64,000 nt of DNA from Candidatus Altimarinota bacterium (GTDB lineage Bacteria; Patescibacteriota; Gracilibacteria; UBA4473). This document shows, piece after piece, positions 19,134 through 29,374 of this stretch. The notes beneath the pieces were generated by a model. That model was not told the origin of the DNA and ran no database searches. It saw nothing but the letters and a program-made list of their open reading frames with translations. Numbering within the stretch: the first letter of the stretch is position 1; the number at the start of each line of letters is the position of its first letter. Both the position numbers and the translations under genes were made by a program. The DNA is taken from assembly GCA_965231215.1 (NCBI GenBank), contig OZ246423.1, positions 1,056,001 to 1,120,000 of the forward strand, given 5' to 3'.

Positions 19134-20573
19134 TTACTTGTGGGCGGTGATTATTAATTGAGGTCCATTAGCACTTATACGCTTTATGTTTACTTTAGAG
19201 GCGGGAATCTCAGCTTCTTCGCAGAGACGGAACATATCGGTCTCATTTCTTCGGAAAAGGTACCAGTTGGTTATTCTTAAAAAAGCGGCTTCATTATGGT
19301 CAGTATTGAATTGTCCGATTCTAAAACTTCCACTAGGTTTGAGCATTCTATAAAAATGTTTTAGAGCCTTAGCTGTAAATTTATCATCAAAATAATCGAG
19401 CAAACCTACCGTAAGGATTTCGTCGTAATTGGCGGTAGTTTTCCGGTTTCCGATTTCGCGAATAATGTTACACTCTTCTATTCTGAAATTGGGGTGTTGT
19501 GCGAGCCTGTTTTGAGCGAAACCTACGGCGTCAGGATCCCCATCTACAGATCGCCAATCAAGGTGTTCAGGGTTAAGGTTTGCTATTTGCATTTGTTTGA
19601 TAAGGTCGGCTTCAAGCCTGGCTGGGCCACTAGCAAAATTAAGTACTTTTAGCGGTTTTTCTTGGGCAAGCTCAACGGCTCTATCCCTAAGGAGATCATC
19701 AATAATGGTATATCTTCGCTGGGCTACATCTTCGGCAGAAGTGGTAGAAAGTAAGGTTTGGTTCCAATTTTTGACCCTGTAATCCCCAGCAATGTCTTGT
19801 TCGTCTGATATTTGAAAGTTATAAATAGCCTCCATCATATCAAAGGTTCCGGCATATCCTCGAGGGCGCCAAAGACTTTGTCCCATCAGACTCATGGGGG
19901 AGAAGGCCATCCCGAATTCAGCAATAATCTGCATGAATTGGTCTGGACATAATTGGCGGGCTTCAATAGTCGCTTCTATGCCCTGACAGAGTTTTAAAAA
20001 TTCTTCTTGTTGGGCTTTATCTTGCGGGCCTCCTTGGTCCACTAGTTTTTTTATTCGTGCCAGGATTTTAGTGAATATTTCTTTATTGAGTCCCTCTGTG
20101 TTTGGAGTCTCAAAGAGTGGAGGAGCATGCCTATTTGTAAAAAGCATATCCTCTAAAATTTTAGTTCTCCGAATAATTTCTGAAGTAAACCCAGGAATAT
20201 TTAAAGCGGCTGCAAAAATGCTCCGCATATTTGACGGGACTTGAGTTAAAAGAGCTTGAGGATTTATTTGGTTATCCCCTACGAGCCATTGATCCTTGGC
20301 CTGAGGATGAAGTAAGCCTACAAATACTTTATAGATACCAGGGGTATTACTAATAAAAAGAATTTCTTCTGGAATGCGGCAAGATTGTGTTTGATGCCAG
20401 AGCTCATGGTTGGTTGAAGGGGTGAGGCAATAACTAATTTGTCCATTGATATGAGCTTCCAGATTTACCAAAGGGATAGGGGGTTTGGGTAATCCAAAAT
20501 TTTGGCCTAAGACAACAGGTACTTCATCTAAATCACTGCCAGGCTCTAGGTTTTTTTTTGTGAGAGAGTTCAC
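19134..20573 (-). CDS. Class I SAM-dependent methyltransferase, PhcB (3-OH fatty acid methyl ester synthase)-like
   Basis: WRPRGYAGTFDMMEAIY resembles the KPxGYAGDF motif of PhcB-like proteins; VLNFASGPA motif I, VDGD, GLLDYF, LKPSG, WYLFRR. GTG start uncertain. Confidence 0.75.
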   Translation of the reverse strand: MNSLTKKNLEPGSDLDEVPVVLGQNFGLPKPPIPLVNLEAHINGQISYCLTPSTNHELWHQTQSCRIPEEILFISNTPGIYKVFVGLLHPQAKDQWLVGDNQINPQALLTQVPSNMRSIFAAALNIPGFTSEIIRRTKILEDMLFTNRHAPPLFETPNTEGLNKEIFTKILARIKKLVDQGGPQDKAQQEEFLKLCQGIEATIEARQLCPDQFMQIIAEFGMAFSPMSLMGQSLWRPRGYAGTFDMMEAIYNFQISDEQDIAGDYRVKNWNQTLLSTTSAEDVAQRRYTIIDDLLRDRAVELAQEKPLKVLNFASGPARLEADLIKQMQIANLNPEHLDWRSVDGDPDAVGFAQNRLAQHPNFRIEECNIIREIGNRKTTANYDEILTVGLLDYFDDKFTAKALKHFYRMLKPSGSFRIGQFNTDHNEAAFLRITNWYLFRRNETDMFRLCEEAEIPASKVNIKRISANGPQLIITAHK

Positions 20574-20703
20574 GAAGTTTTGTTTTTAATTTTTTTAAAT
20601 AAAGCACACTTACGAGTTGCCGTGAAATAAGTATTTTCATTAAAGTTTCATGAGAAGTAGGGAATTATTTGGGGCCCTGTAAAAAATTAATACAATCAAT
20701 CTG

Positions 20704-22035
20704 ATGACAAAATTTAATATCAAAACCCCGAGCGGATTCCCTGAATTTCCACCTCAAGTCGAACCAGTGCGCCAAAAGTGGATTGAGATTATTACTCGTA
20801 CTTTCCACAATCATGGATTTATTTTTATCACTACTCCGTTAGTGGAGCGAGAAGAAAATCTTTTGGGGAAAGGAGGGAATGCTAAAGAAATGTATGTACT
20901 AAAACGTCTTTTAGATGAAGATGGAGAGAGTTCGCATTCAGGCAATGCTTTACGGTTTGATCAAACAGTGCCTCTAGCCTTATACGTAGCACGACATCAA
21001 AATGATTTGAGTTTTCCGTTTCGGAGGGCCGTTGTCGGGCCTGTGTTTCGTGGCGAGAGAGCTCAAAAAGGCCGTTTCCGACAGTTTGACCAATGTGACA
21101 TTGATGTCATTGGGAACGGGGAACTTTCGCTTTTAAATGACGCGCAGATTCCAGCAATCATTATTGAAATCTTTAAGCAGCTTAATGTGGGGGATTTTGT
21201 GGTACGGATTAATAACCGAAAAATTCTAACAGGGCTTTTTCAGTCTTTAGGCATTCCTGAAGCTGATATGAAAAAAACACTCGATATTGTAGATGATTTA
21301 GAAAAACTCCCGAGAGAAGAAATTCTAGAATCCTTTACCGCCAATGGATTAAGCCACAGACAAGTAGATACAATTTTAGAATTTGTATCTACCGATCATC
21401 ATGATTTTGAAGCTTTAAAAAACGTATGTGACCAGGCCGTTTTTCAGGAAGGAGTAAAGGAGCTACAGCAAGTTATAGAAGCTCTAGAAGCTATGGGAGT
21501 AGACGCAAACTATTACACGATTGATACGGCTATTGCTCGAGGTTTGGATTACTATACAGGGACAGTTTATGAGACTAATATTAAAGATCATCCAGCCTTT
21601 GGCTCTGTTTGTAGTGGAGGACGTTATGATGATCTGGCGGCCATTTTTACTGGAGGGAAGCGTTTTCCAGGAGTAGGCATTTCTATCGGTTTAACGCGTC
21701 TTTTTGCTCAGTGTTTGGAAGCGGGACTCCTTCCAGCATTACCCGTTTCCCCAACACAGGTTTTGCTAATTTCAGTCGATGATAAAGCGCTTCCTCAATT
21801 ATTAGAATTAGGAGCTGAACTAAGAGCCTCTGGCATAGTAGCTGAAAACTACTTAGAAGATAAAAAATTAGCAAAGAAGTTTGATTATGCCGACAAACTC
21901 GGGATTCCCTACTGCCTGGTTATGGGGGAAAACGAAATGGCAAAAAATAAGGTTCAACTTAAAGATATGCAAACGGGTCAAAGTGAGGCAGTGTCTTTAG
22001 ATGAAATCGTAAATGTCTTAGCCTCAAAATTATGA
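20704..22035 (+). CDS. hisS: Histidine--tRNA ligase
   Basis: LRFDQTVP, FRGERAQKGRFRQFDQCDID, ARGLDYYTG, GGRYD. Confidence 0.97.
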   Translation: MTKFNIKTPSGFPEFPPQVEPVRQKWIEIITRTFHNHGFIFITTPLVEREENLLGKGGNAKEMYVLKRLLDEDGESSHSGNALRFDQTVPLALYVARHQNDLSFPFRRAVVGPVFRGERAQKGRFRQFDQCDIDVIGNGELSLLNDAQIPAIIIEIFKQLNVGDFVVRINNRKILTGLFQSLGIPEADMKKTLDIVDDLEKLPREEILESFTANGLSHRQVDTILEFVSTDHHDFEALKNVCDQAVFQEGVKELQQVIEALEAMGVDANYYTIDTAIARGLDYYTGTVYETNIKDHPAFGSVCSGGRYDDLAAIFTGGKRFPGVGISIGLTRLFAQCLEAGLLPALPVSPTQVLLISVDDKALPQLLELGAELRASGIVAENYLEDKKLAKKFDYADKLGIPYCLVMGENEMAKNKVQLKDMQTGQSEAVSLDEIVNVLASKL

Positions 22036-23423
22036 AAAATTACGATCTAATTATTATTGGAACCGGTGGTGGAACTAAACTCCGACCAGCCGCAGACTTG
22101 GGACGTAAAGTCGCCATTATTGAAAAAGAAGCCCTTGGTGGAACGTGCCTTAATAGAGGATGTATTCCTTCAAAGATGCTTATCTATCCAGCTGATTTGG
22201 TAACTCATTGGAAAGAAGATCATGCCAAATTTGAGATCAAAACTGACCCCCGCTTTGAACTAAATTTTGAGAAACTTACGACGCGCACGACCGAAACCGT
22301 AACAAAAGATTCAGAAAGCATTAAGCCGGGCTATGAGCGTCATCCAAACATTGATCTCTACCAAGGTCATGCGCGCTTTGTAGATAACAAAGTGATTGAG
22401 GTGAATGGAGAACAACTCACCGCTGAAAAAATTTATATAGCTACGGGAACCCGCCCACAAATCCCCAATATTCCAGGACTGGAAGGCACGCCCTATTTCA
22501 CCAGTACAGAAGCTTTAAGGAATAAAACCCAACCCCAAAAGATGATCGTCATTGGTGGTGGGTATATTGCGGTAGAGCTAGGACATTTTTATGGAGCCAT
22601 GGGAACTGACGTCCATTTTTTGGTTCGAAGTTCAATGGTTAAAGCTGAAGATAAAGATATTCGTCAAATATTTGAACAAGATTTTAGTTCAAGATACAAC
22701 GTCCATTTTGGTCTAAGGCCGACCAAAGTTGAATACAAAAACAACACCTTTTGTGTAACGACTAAAAATAAAACAGGGGACACAGAAGTAATGGAAGCCG
22801 ATTCGCTTTTTGTAGCCACTGGTGTGGTGCCAAATACCGATGATTTAGGTCTGGAGCATACCAATGTAAACTTAAATAATGAAGGCTGGGTACAGGTAAA
22901 TGACTATCTGGAAACCGATGAGCCAGGCGTCTATGCGCTTGGGGATATCCTGGGACGATACCTTTTCCGACACAGTGTGAACTTTGAAGGGGAGTACCTA
23001 TTTGCTCAACATTATTGCCATATTGGGGAAGGGCCTATCAAATACCCACCCATGCCTCATGCGATTTTTTCTTATCCACAAATTGCCGGTGTTGGAGTAA
23101 CTGAAGATGCGCTACTTGCGGAGGGAAAAGTAGAAGGGACCGATTACGTTGTAGGTATAAATCACTATAAAAATTCAGCTATGGGAATGGCTATGCGGCC
23201 AGAAGTAGGCATGGTGAAATTGATTGCTGATAAGCGATCTCGGAAGCTTATTGGAGCTCATATTATCGGCGAAAAATCTTCAGACATCATTCATATGTTG
23301 ATTGCCTATATGACCATGGAGGCCATGGTGGATCAATTACTGGAAATGATTTATATTCACCCAGCCTTATCTGAAAATATTCGGAACGCTGCCCGAAAGT
23401 TAATTATAGCTCTTAGTAAATAA
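22032..23423 (+). CDS. Pyridine nucleotide-disulfide oxidoreductase (lipoamide dehydrogenase/mycothione reductase-like)
   Basis: GTGGG FAD motif, GGTCLNRGCIPSK redox disulfide, GGGYIAVE, C-terminal HPALSE. Confidence 0.9.
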   Translation: MKNYDLIIIGTGGGTKLRPAADLGRKVAIIEKEALGGTCLNRGCIPSKMLIYPADLVTHWKEDHAKFEIKTDPRFELNFEKLTTRTTETVTKDSESIKPGYERHPNIDLYQGHARFVDNKVIEVNGEQLTAEKIYIATGTRPQIPNIPGLEGTPYFTSTEALRNKTQPQKMIVIGGGYIAVELGHFYGAMGTDVHFLVRSSMVKAEDKDIRQIFEQDFSSRYNVHFGLRPTKVEYKNNTFCVTTKNKTGDTEVMEADSLFVATGVVPNTDDLGLEHTNVNLNNEGWVQVNDYLETDEPGVYALGDILGRYLFRHSVNFEGEYLFAQHYCHIGEGPIKYPPMPHAIFSYPQIAGVGVTEDALLAEGKVEGTDYVVGINHYKNSAMGMAMRPEVGMVKLIADKRSRKLIGAHIIGEKSSDIIHMLIAYMTMEAMVDQLLEMIYIHPALSENIRNAARKLIIALSK

Positions 23424-23442
23424 TTTTAGATAAATTTTGAAT

Positions 23443-24084
23443 ATGAAATTTGCGCCATTACTCATTTTGATTTTAGGCCTTATCCTTGTTGGCTGTGGGG
23501 GCCCAGAGATTGCTGAGGATCGTCCCAAAACTGGAAAAATTGTAGCGTTGGGGGATAGCAATACAGAAGGGTATGGGGTAGAAGAATCAGAAACCTATGT
23601 GAGTTTGCTCAATAAAAAACTCCAAGAGGAAGGTTACACCGAATATGAAGTGATTAACCTGGGTGTTAGTGGTGATAAAACCAGCGATGGACTCAAACGG
23701 GTAGGGGCTGTGCTCGAACAAGATCCGGAAATTGTGATGGTAGCCCTTGGGGGAAATGACTTTTTACGAGGACAACCTATGGCAAAAGTACAACAAAACC
23801 TCAGAGACATTATCATTGCTGTACGGGCCCAAAAAGCAGACGCTCTTTTGGTCGGTGTTATCGCTCCTCCTACTAGAGGTTTGGGATATATGGGGAGTGC
23901 CAAAGATATGTATAAAGCGGTCGCCAAAGAATTTGAAATCCCACTTTTCCCTAATATTCTTAAAGGCATTAGCCTAGATCAACGGTATATGCAGTCAGAC
24001 AAAATTCATGCCAACCCTAAAGGACATGAGGTGATTGCCGAAAACATGTGGGAGTATCTGCAGCCTCTGTTAAGAGAAAATTAA
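23443..24084 (+). CDS. SGNH/GDSL arylesterase (TesA-like), lipoprotein
   Basis: Lipobox LVGC; GDSNT, GVSGD, GGND, DKIHAN blocks. ATG 23443 preferred over TTG 23437. Confidence 0.9.
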   Translation: MKFAPLLILILGLILVGCGGPEIAEDRPKTGKIVALGDSNTEGYGVEESETYVSLLNKKLQEEGYTEYEVINLGVSGDKTSDGLKRVGAVLEQDPEIVMVALGGNDFLRGQPMAKVQQNLRDIIIAVRAQKADALLVGVIAPPTRGLGYMGSAKDMYKAVAKEFEIPLFPNILKGISLDQRYMQSDKIHANPKGHEVIAENMWEYLQPLLREN

Positions 24085-24172
24085 ATTTAGGTAGCTGAAG
24101 TTACGTTCACTATTTCTTTTTATGAATCGGTTCTGTTACACTTGAGATGCACATTTTTTAACTTACTTTTTC

Positions 24173-24829
24173 ATGCAATTTTTCTTAGATACCGCTGACC
24201 TCGACGATATTAAAAAATACGCCGCTTGGGGCATCGTAGACGGTGTTACCACCAATCCTTCACTTATTGCTAAAGAAGGAGTAGATCTCGAAACCCGTAT
24301 TAAAGAAATTGCGGAAGTAGTAGATGGCCCAATTTCTGCAGAAGTAGTAAGTGAAGACGCGGAAGGGATGATCCAGGAAGGCCGACGAGCTGCCAAATGG
24401 CATAAAAATATTTTTGTAAAAGTCCCAATGACTTCTGAAGGACTCAAAGCGGTTAAAGTTTTTTCTGCCGAAGGAATTCGTACAAATGTAACCCTTGTTT
24501 TTTCAGTTTCTCAGGCGGTAATGGCAGCTAAAGCTGGAGCCACGTTAATCTCGCCGTTTGTCGGAAGACTCGACGATATTTCAGAAGAGGGGATGCAACT
24601 TATTGCTGATATTCGGCAAGTATTTGATAATTATGGATTTGAAACATTGATTTTGTCGGCGTCTATTCGTCATCCAAAACATGTAGTAGATTCTCTGTTG
24701 ATTGGAGCTGATATTGCTACTATGCCTCCCAGTATTTTTGATAAGTTAGTAAAACACCCACTCACCGATAAAGGGCTAGAGGCCTTCTTGGCTGACTGGG
24801 AAAAGGTGAAAGATATACAAAAAAATTAA
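24173..24829 (+). CDS. tal: Transaldolase / fructose-6-phosphate aldolase (short family)
   Basis: [18 protein letters not shown] (Schiff-base Lys), [13 protein letters not shown]. Confidence 0.93.
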   Translation: MQFFLDTADLDDIKKYAAWGIVDGVTTNPSLIAKEGVDLETRIKEIAEVVDGPISAEVVSEDAEGMIQEGRRAAKWHKNIFVKVPMTSEGLKAVKVFSAEGIRTNVTLVFSVSQAVMAAKAGATLISPFVGRLDDISEEGMQLIADIRQVFDNYGFETLILSASIRHPKHVVDSLLIGADIATMPPSIFDKLVKHPLTDKGLEAFLADWEKVKDIQKN

Positions 24830-24840
24830 TAAAAACATCA

Positions 24841-26115
24841 ATGCTTAAAATCGACTTTAACAACTGTTATAAAATAGCTGAAGATCATGGTATGCCAAAA
24901 AGCACTTTTGCAGACCACAAAAATTATTTAACACCAAGCTTGCAGGGGATTGAAGCTCGGGATCAGGGATTTTATAAAGTAATCGATGACGAAAATATAT
25001 TAGATCAAATTCAGCACTACGCTGATTCAGTAGAGGGTAAATATTCAGATATCGTAGTTTGTGGGATTGGCGGGTCTTCATTGGGCCCCATCTGCCTAAG
25101 AGAGGCTTTTACCGATTTTTTTGCGGATCATAAACCCCGCCTTCATGTGTTGGAGAATATTGATCCAGATTTCCTCGGAGAAGCGGTAGATTACCTGGAT
25201 TTAGATCGAACACTTTTTTTGATCATTAGTAAGTCAGGAGGGACACCAGAAACAGTCGCTCAATATATGTTTTTTCGAAAACTTCTAGAAGATAAAGGAA
25301 GTAATATTCAAGATCATTTTGTATTCGTTACAGATCCAAGCCAAGAAGTAAGTCTGCTACGAACCATTGGCAACCAGGAAAATATCACAATGTTTGATAT
25401 TCCCCCAAGTGTAGGAGGGAGGTTTAGTGTACAGACGCCTGTAGGGTTACTGCCAGCCGCGCTAATAGGCATTGACATCAAAGACTTGATAGCCGGTATG
25501 CAGGATATGAGAGATTCTTTTTTGAATACAAATTTTGATCAAAATTTGCCTTTTCAGTTAGCGTGTACACAAACGGCTACTTACTTGAAAGGAAAACCAA
25601 TGAACATTCTGATGCCCTATCATACAAAACTTCGCCAGTTTGGAGCCTGGGCCGTACAGCTTGTGGCCGAATCTACAGGGAAAGTAGCGGCCGATGGAAA
25701 TCACGTTGGCATTACGCCTATTCCTTCACTGGGAGTTACCGATCAGCATTCTCAAGTGCAGCTTTTTGCTGAAGGGCCAAATGATAAGCTTATTATCTTT
25801 ATAGGGGTGGAAACCTTTAATTATTCACTCGACATTCCTGTGAGTGTAGACAGTCCTAAAACCAATTTTCTTGAAGGTAAAACTTTTAAAGATTTATTGC
25901 ATGCGGAGCAACAAGCTACAGCTCAAGCTCTGACAGAGGCTGACAGGCCTAATATTACTATTACCCTGCCTGAACTTTCTCCATACTATCTTGGGCAACT
26001 GTTTATGCTCTTTGAAGGAGCTACGGCTTTTTGGGGAGAGTTTTTCCAAATTGATGCGTTTAATCAACCAGGAGTAGAAAGAGGGAAGGTCTTGACCCGA
26101 GAGTTGCTGAGTTAA
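24841..26115 (+). CDS. pgi: Glucose-6-phosphate isomerase
   Basis: GIGGSSLG, SKSGGTPET, GGRFSV, QLVAESTGK, DQHS, NQPGVERGK. Confidence 0.96.
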   Translation: MLKIDFNNCYKIAEDHGMPKSTFADHKNYLTPSLQGIEARDQGFYKVIDDENILDQIQHYADSVEGKYSDIVVCGIGGSSLGPICLREAFTDFFADHKPRLHVLENIDPDFLGEAVDYLDLDRTLFLIISKSGGTPETVAQYMFFRKLLEDKGSNIQDHFVFVTDPSQEVSLLRTIGNQENITMFDIPPSVGGRFSVQTPVGLLPAALIGIDIKDLIAGMQDMRDSFLNTNFDQNLPFQLACTQTATYLKGKPMNILMPYHTKLRQFGAWAVQLVAESTGKVAADGNHVGITPIPSLGVTDQHSQVQLFAEGPNDKLIIFIGVETFNYSLDIPVSVDSPKTNFLEGKTFKDLLHAEQQATAQALTEADRPNITITLPELSPYYLGQLFMLFEGATAFWGEFFQIDAFNQPGVERGKVLTRELLS

Positions 26116-26191
26116 AAATTTTAGCTCAAAGATTGTCGAATCAATCCCGCTCTAATTCAGCCGAAATGCGGGACATGCTAAAATATTTTTG

Positions 26192-27118
26192 ATGAAACTC
26201 CTCCAACATTTACTCTCTACCAACGCACCAGCTGACGTGCAAAATACGATTCTTTTTGCGGCTAAAGCCGGTGTAAAGATTTACCAAGCGCTGAAAGAAA
26301 AAGAGATCAATTATTCACATCATTGTAATACTTCGGGAGAAGTACAACTAAGCCATGACTTAATCGCCGACGACATCTTGAAGCAACAATTACAAGCATC
26401 AGATTCGGTAAGTTGTTTTGTTAGTGAAGAACGTGAAAGCGATGTGTGTTTTATTCAGCATCAGCAAGATAAGTTGCTCGTGGCTTTTGACCCCATAGAC
26501 GGAAGCTCTGTCGCTGGAGCGGGGTTAGCTGTAGGAACTAGCTTAGGGATCTATAGAGGAAAAAAATCATTCACTGAATGTGTAGGTCGTGATCAGGTAG
26601 CAGCGATGTATATGCTGTATGGTCCTAGAATTATCTTGGTCTATTCTGTGGGGGAAGGGGTGCATCTGTTTGGATACAAGGAAAAGGAACAGTACTTTGA
26701 ACTTCAGCAGTCAGATCTCTCGTTAGAAAATCAGGTAAAAGTCTGTGGTATTGGTTCCCTTCAAACCTCTTGTGAAATAAAAGGGTTCCCCGATCTTATA
26801 AACCACTGGCAGGTAAAAGGATTTGCTCAAAGGTATTCGGGAAGCATGGTCGCTGATATAAATGGTATTTTATATAGAGGTGGTGGAATTTTTGCTTATC
26901 CGTCTTCTAAACTGAGATTGCTTTACGAATGCAATCCATTTGCTTTTCTCATAGAGCAAGCGGGAGGAAAAGCCGTGAATATGTGTGGACAACACATTTT
27001 AGATTTACCAGTAAAGGCTATTGATGCGACTTCTCCAATCCTAATTGGGGCTAAAGAACCAGTAGAGGCGGCTGAAAAATTCTTACTTGATAATTGCTCT
27101 ATAAATGAGTACAATTAA
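26192..27118 (+). CDS. fbp: Class I fructose-1,6-bisphosphatase
   Basis: SEE, FDPIDGSS, LYGPR, RYSGSMVAD, KLRLLYECNP, EQAGG. Confidence 0.9.
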   Translation: MKLLQHLLSTNAPADVQNTILFAAKAGVKIYQALKEKEINYSHHCNTSGEVQLSHDLIADDILKQQLQASDSVSCFVSEERESDVCFIQHQQDKLLVAFDPIDGSSVAGAGLAVGTSLGIYRGKKSFTECVGRDQVAAMYMLYGPRIILVYSVGEGVHLFGYKEKEQYFELQQSDLSLENQVKVCGIGSLQTSCEIKGFPDLINHWQVKGFAQRYSGSMVADINGILYRGGGIFAYPSSKLRLLYECNPFAFLIEQAGGKAVNMCGQHILDLPVKAIDATSPILIGAKEPVEAAEKFLLDNCSINEYN

Positions 27119-27139
27119 CAGAAATAAAAAAATAGAAAA

Positions 27140-27847
27140 ATGTCAGACCAAACCTTCACCACGGTACAAGAAGCGCTTAATCACCCAGAGATTTTTCGAG
27201 TAAGTATTTTTGGTTCAGCTCGAACTAAACCTGGGGATAAAGAATACGATTTAGTACATGATCTAGCTTATGACCTGGGGAAAAGAGACATCAGTGTGGT
27301 AACTGGAGGGGGACCTGGTCAAATGGAAGCCGGAAATCAAGGGCATAAAGAAGCGTGCTCAAAAGCCAACTCTATTGGCCTTACGGTACACCTGCCTTTT
27401 GAAAATGAAGGAAACGAGCACCTAGATATGCAAAAACATTTTCAAAAATTTGGAAATCGTTTAGATCACTTTATGGCTCTTTCTAATGCCGTAGTAATTT
27501 CTGCGGGAGGCATTGGCACGTGTTTGGAATTTTTCTATACGCTCCAACTCACCCAAGTAAAACACATCTGCCCCATTCCCATTATTTTGATGGATCCTAT
27601 GTGGGAAGACCTACACGACTGGCTTAAAAATGTAGCGGTTAAAAGAGGTTTTGTCAGTGAAAAAGATCTCCATAATGTTCTAATAGCTAAAAATAAACAA
27701 GAAGCACTCCAAATTATTGAACAGACTAAAAAAGCTTTTGATGAAGGCGGTGGTGAAGTGTGTGTTAATGCTCAAATATATAAAATCACTCAAAAATCAG
27801 CCGATAATGTGGTAGAAAACCCAGATATGAAAGATTTAGCTCGGTAG
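27140..27847 (+). CDS. LOG family nucleotide phosphoribohydrolase (TIGR00730-like)
   Basis: FGSAR, TGGGPGQMEAGN, GGIGTCLE. Confidence 0.9.
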   Translation: MSDQTFTTVQEALNHPEIFRVSIFGSARTKPGDKEYDLVHDLAYDLGKRDISVVTGGGPGQMEAGNQGHKEACSKANSIGLTVHLPFENEGNEHLDMQKHFQKFGNRLDHFMALSNAVVISAGGIGTCLEFFYTLQLTQVKHICPIPIILMDPMWEDLHDWLKNVAVKRGFVSEKDLHNVLIAKNKQEALQIIEQTKKAFDEGGGEVCVNAQIYKITQKSADNVVENPDMKDLAR

Positions 27848-27937
27848 ATTAAGATTTGGTAGTTTTGGTCACACGCTTTGATTTGGTTCATACTTTAAGT
27901 GTGTTAAAATTTGGGCTGAAATAATTCACAAAATTTT

Positions 27938-29365
27938 ATGGCGCAGTCTGATATTGGTTTGATAGGGTTGGCAGTAATGGGACAGAATTTAGCTCGGAAT
28001 ATTGCCTCTCGAGGTTTTTCAGTTTCGGTTTACAATCGGACCACGGCCACTATGGAAGCCTTTATTAAGGACCATGGAACAGATAATTTGGTCGGTCAAA
28101 CAGAGTTAAAAGACTTTGTAGAATCTATAAAAAGTCCACGAAAAATTATTATTATGGTAAAGGCTGGGGCTCCAGTAGATATGGTGATTGAATCTTTATT
28201 ACCATTGCTCGATAAAGGAGATACAATTATCGATTGTGGTAACACACACTTCCCAGACACTATCCGACGAGAAAAAGAACTCAGCCAAAAAGGATTTCAT
28301 TTTTTTGGAAGCGGGGTAAGTGGCGGAGAAGAAGGCGCACTCAAAGGCCCCAGTCTCATGCCCGGAGGCTCAAAAACCGTTTGGAATGAGCTCAAACCTA
28401 TTTGGGAAGCCATTGCCGCCAAAGACTTTGAGGGAAATCCGTGTACCACTTATATCGGGGAGAATGGAGCTGGGCATTATGTAAAAATGGTGCATAATGG
28501 AATTGAATATGGAGTCATGCAGATGATGGCTGAAGCCTATGACTTACTCAGCCGTAGTTTTGATCTATCTCCAGACGAAATAGCCGATATTTTTGAAAAA
28601 TACAATCAGGGAAAACTTCAGTCTTTCCTTTTTGAAATTTCGGTGCCGATTCTACGGCAAAAAGATGACCTTACCGATGATTATCTGATTAATAAAATTT
28701 TGGATAAAGCCGGTCAGAAAGGGACTGGGCGATGGACGGCCATTGAAGGGATGTCTAGAGGCGTAGATATTTCGGTGATCATTCAGGCCGTAAATGCCAG
28801 AATTGTTTCTAGCCGCAAAGACTATAGAACTCAGTTAGCTAAAAAGTATGAAGCCCCCCACAAAAATAATACGCTCCCAAAAGACGAATTAGAGGATATT
28901 ATACCCGTGTTGGAAAAAGCCCTCTATGCGGGAATGCTAATCAGTTATGCCCAGGGGTTTGACCTGCTTCGGGCAGCGGCTGAAGAAATGGAGTGGGATC
29001 TAAATTACGCCGAAATTGCTCGAATTTGGGAAGGGGGTTGTATTATTCGAGCTCAAATACTAAAAACCCTTCATGAAGCCTTCAAAAGCGCTAATAATGC
29101 GCCACTCTGGGAGATTGATGCAATCAGAAAAGACCTGCAAGATACATGGTTAGATATGCGAACGGTAGTGCAATTAGGAGCTCAAGTAGGCACCCCCATG
29201 TTTTGTTTAGGAGCTGGGCTTAGTAGTTTTGAATCTATGACAAGCGAAAGAGTATCGGCTAACTTTATCCAAGGGCAAAGAGACTTTTTTGGAGCTCATA
29301 CTTATCAGCGAACTGATCGTGAAGGCACCTTTCACACGGACTGGTCAGAGCACTGGAATGATTAA
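27938..29365 (+). CDS. gndA: NADP-dependent 6-phosphogluconate dehydrogenase
   Basis: GLAVMG, VSGGEEGA, KMVHNGIEY, GQKGTGRW, QRDFFGAH. Confidence 0.97.
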   Translation: MAQSDIGLIGLAVMGQNLARNIASRGFSVSVYNRTTATMEAFIKDHGTDNLVGQTELKDFVESIKSPRKIIIMVKAGAPVDMVIESLLPLLDKGDTIIDCGNTHFPDTIRREKELSQKGFHFFGSGVSGGEEGALKGPSLMPGGSKTVWNELKPIWEAIAAKDFEGNPCTTYIGENGAGHYVKMVHNGIEYGVMQMMAEAYDLLSRSFDLSPDEIADIFEKYNQGKLQSFLFEISVPILRQKDDLTDDYLINKILDKAGQKGTGRWTAIEGMSRGVDISVIIQAVNARIVSSRKDYRTQLAKKYEAPHKNNTLPKDELEDIIPVLEKALYAGMLISYAQGFDLLRAAAEEMEWDLNYAEIARIWEGGCIIRAQILKTLHEAFKSANNAPLWEIDAIRKDLQDTWLDMRTVVQLGAQVGTPMFCLGAGLSSFESMTSERVSANFIQGQRDFFGAHTYQRTDREGTFHTDWSEHWND

Positions 29366-29374
29366 TACCACCTT

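Noticed and set aside
23072-23080. Perfect DnaA box TTATCCACA (also 63554-63562)
   Set aside because: Isolated, inside coding sequence and far from dnaA; not an origin.
22032-23423. lpdA of a pyruvate dehydrogenase complex
   Set aside because: No E1/E2 genes nearby and the sequence is equally mycothione-reductase-like; substrate cannot be assigned.
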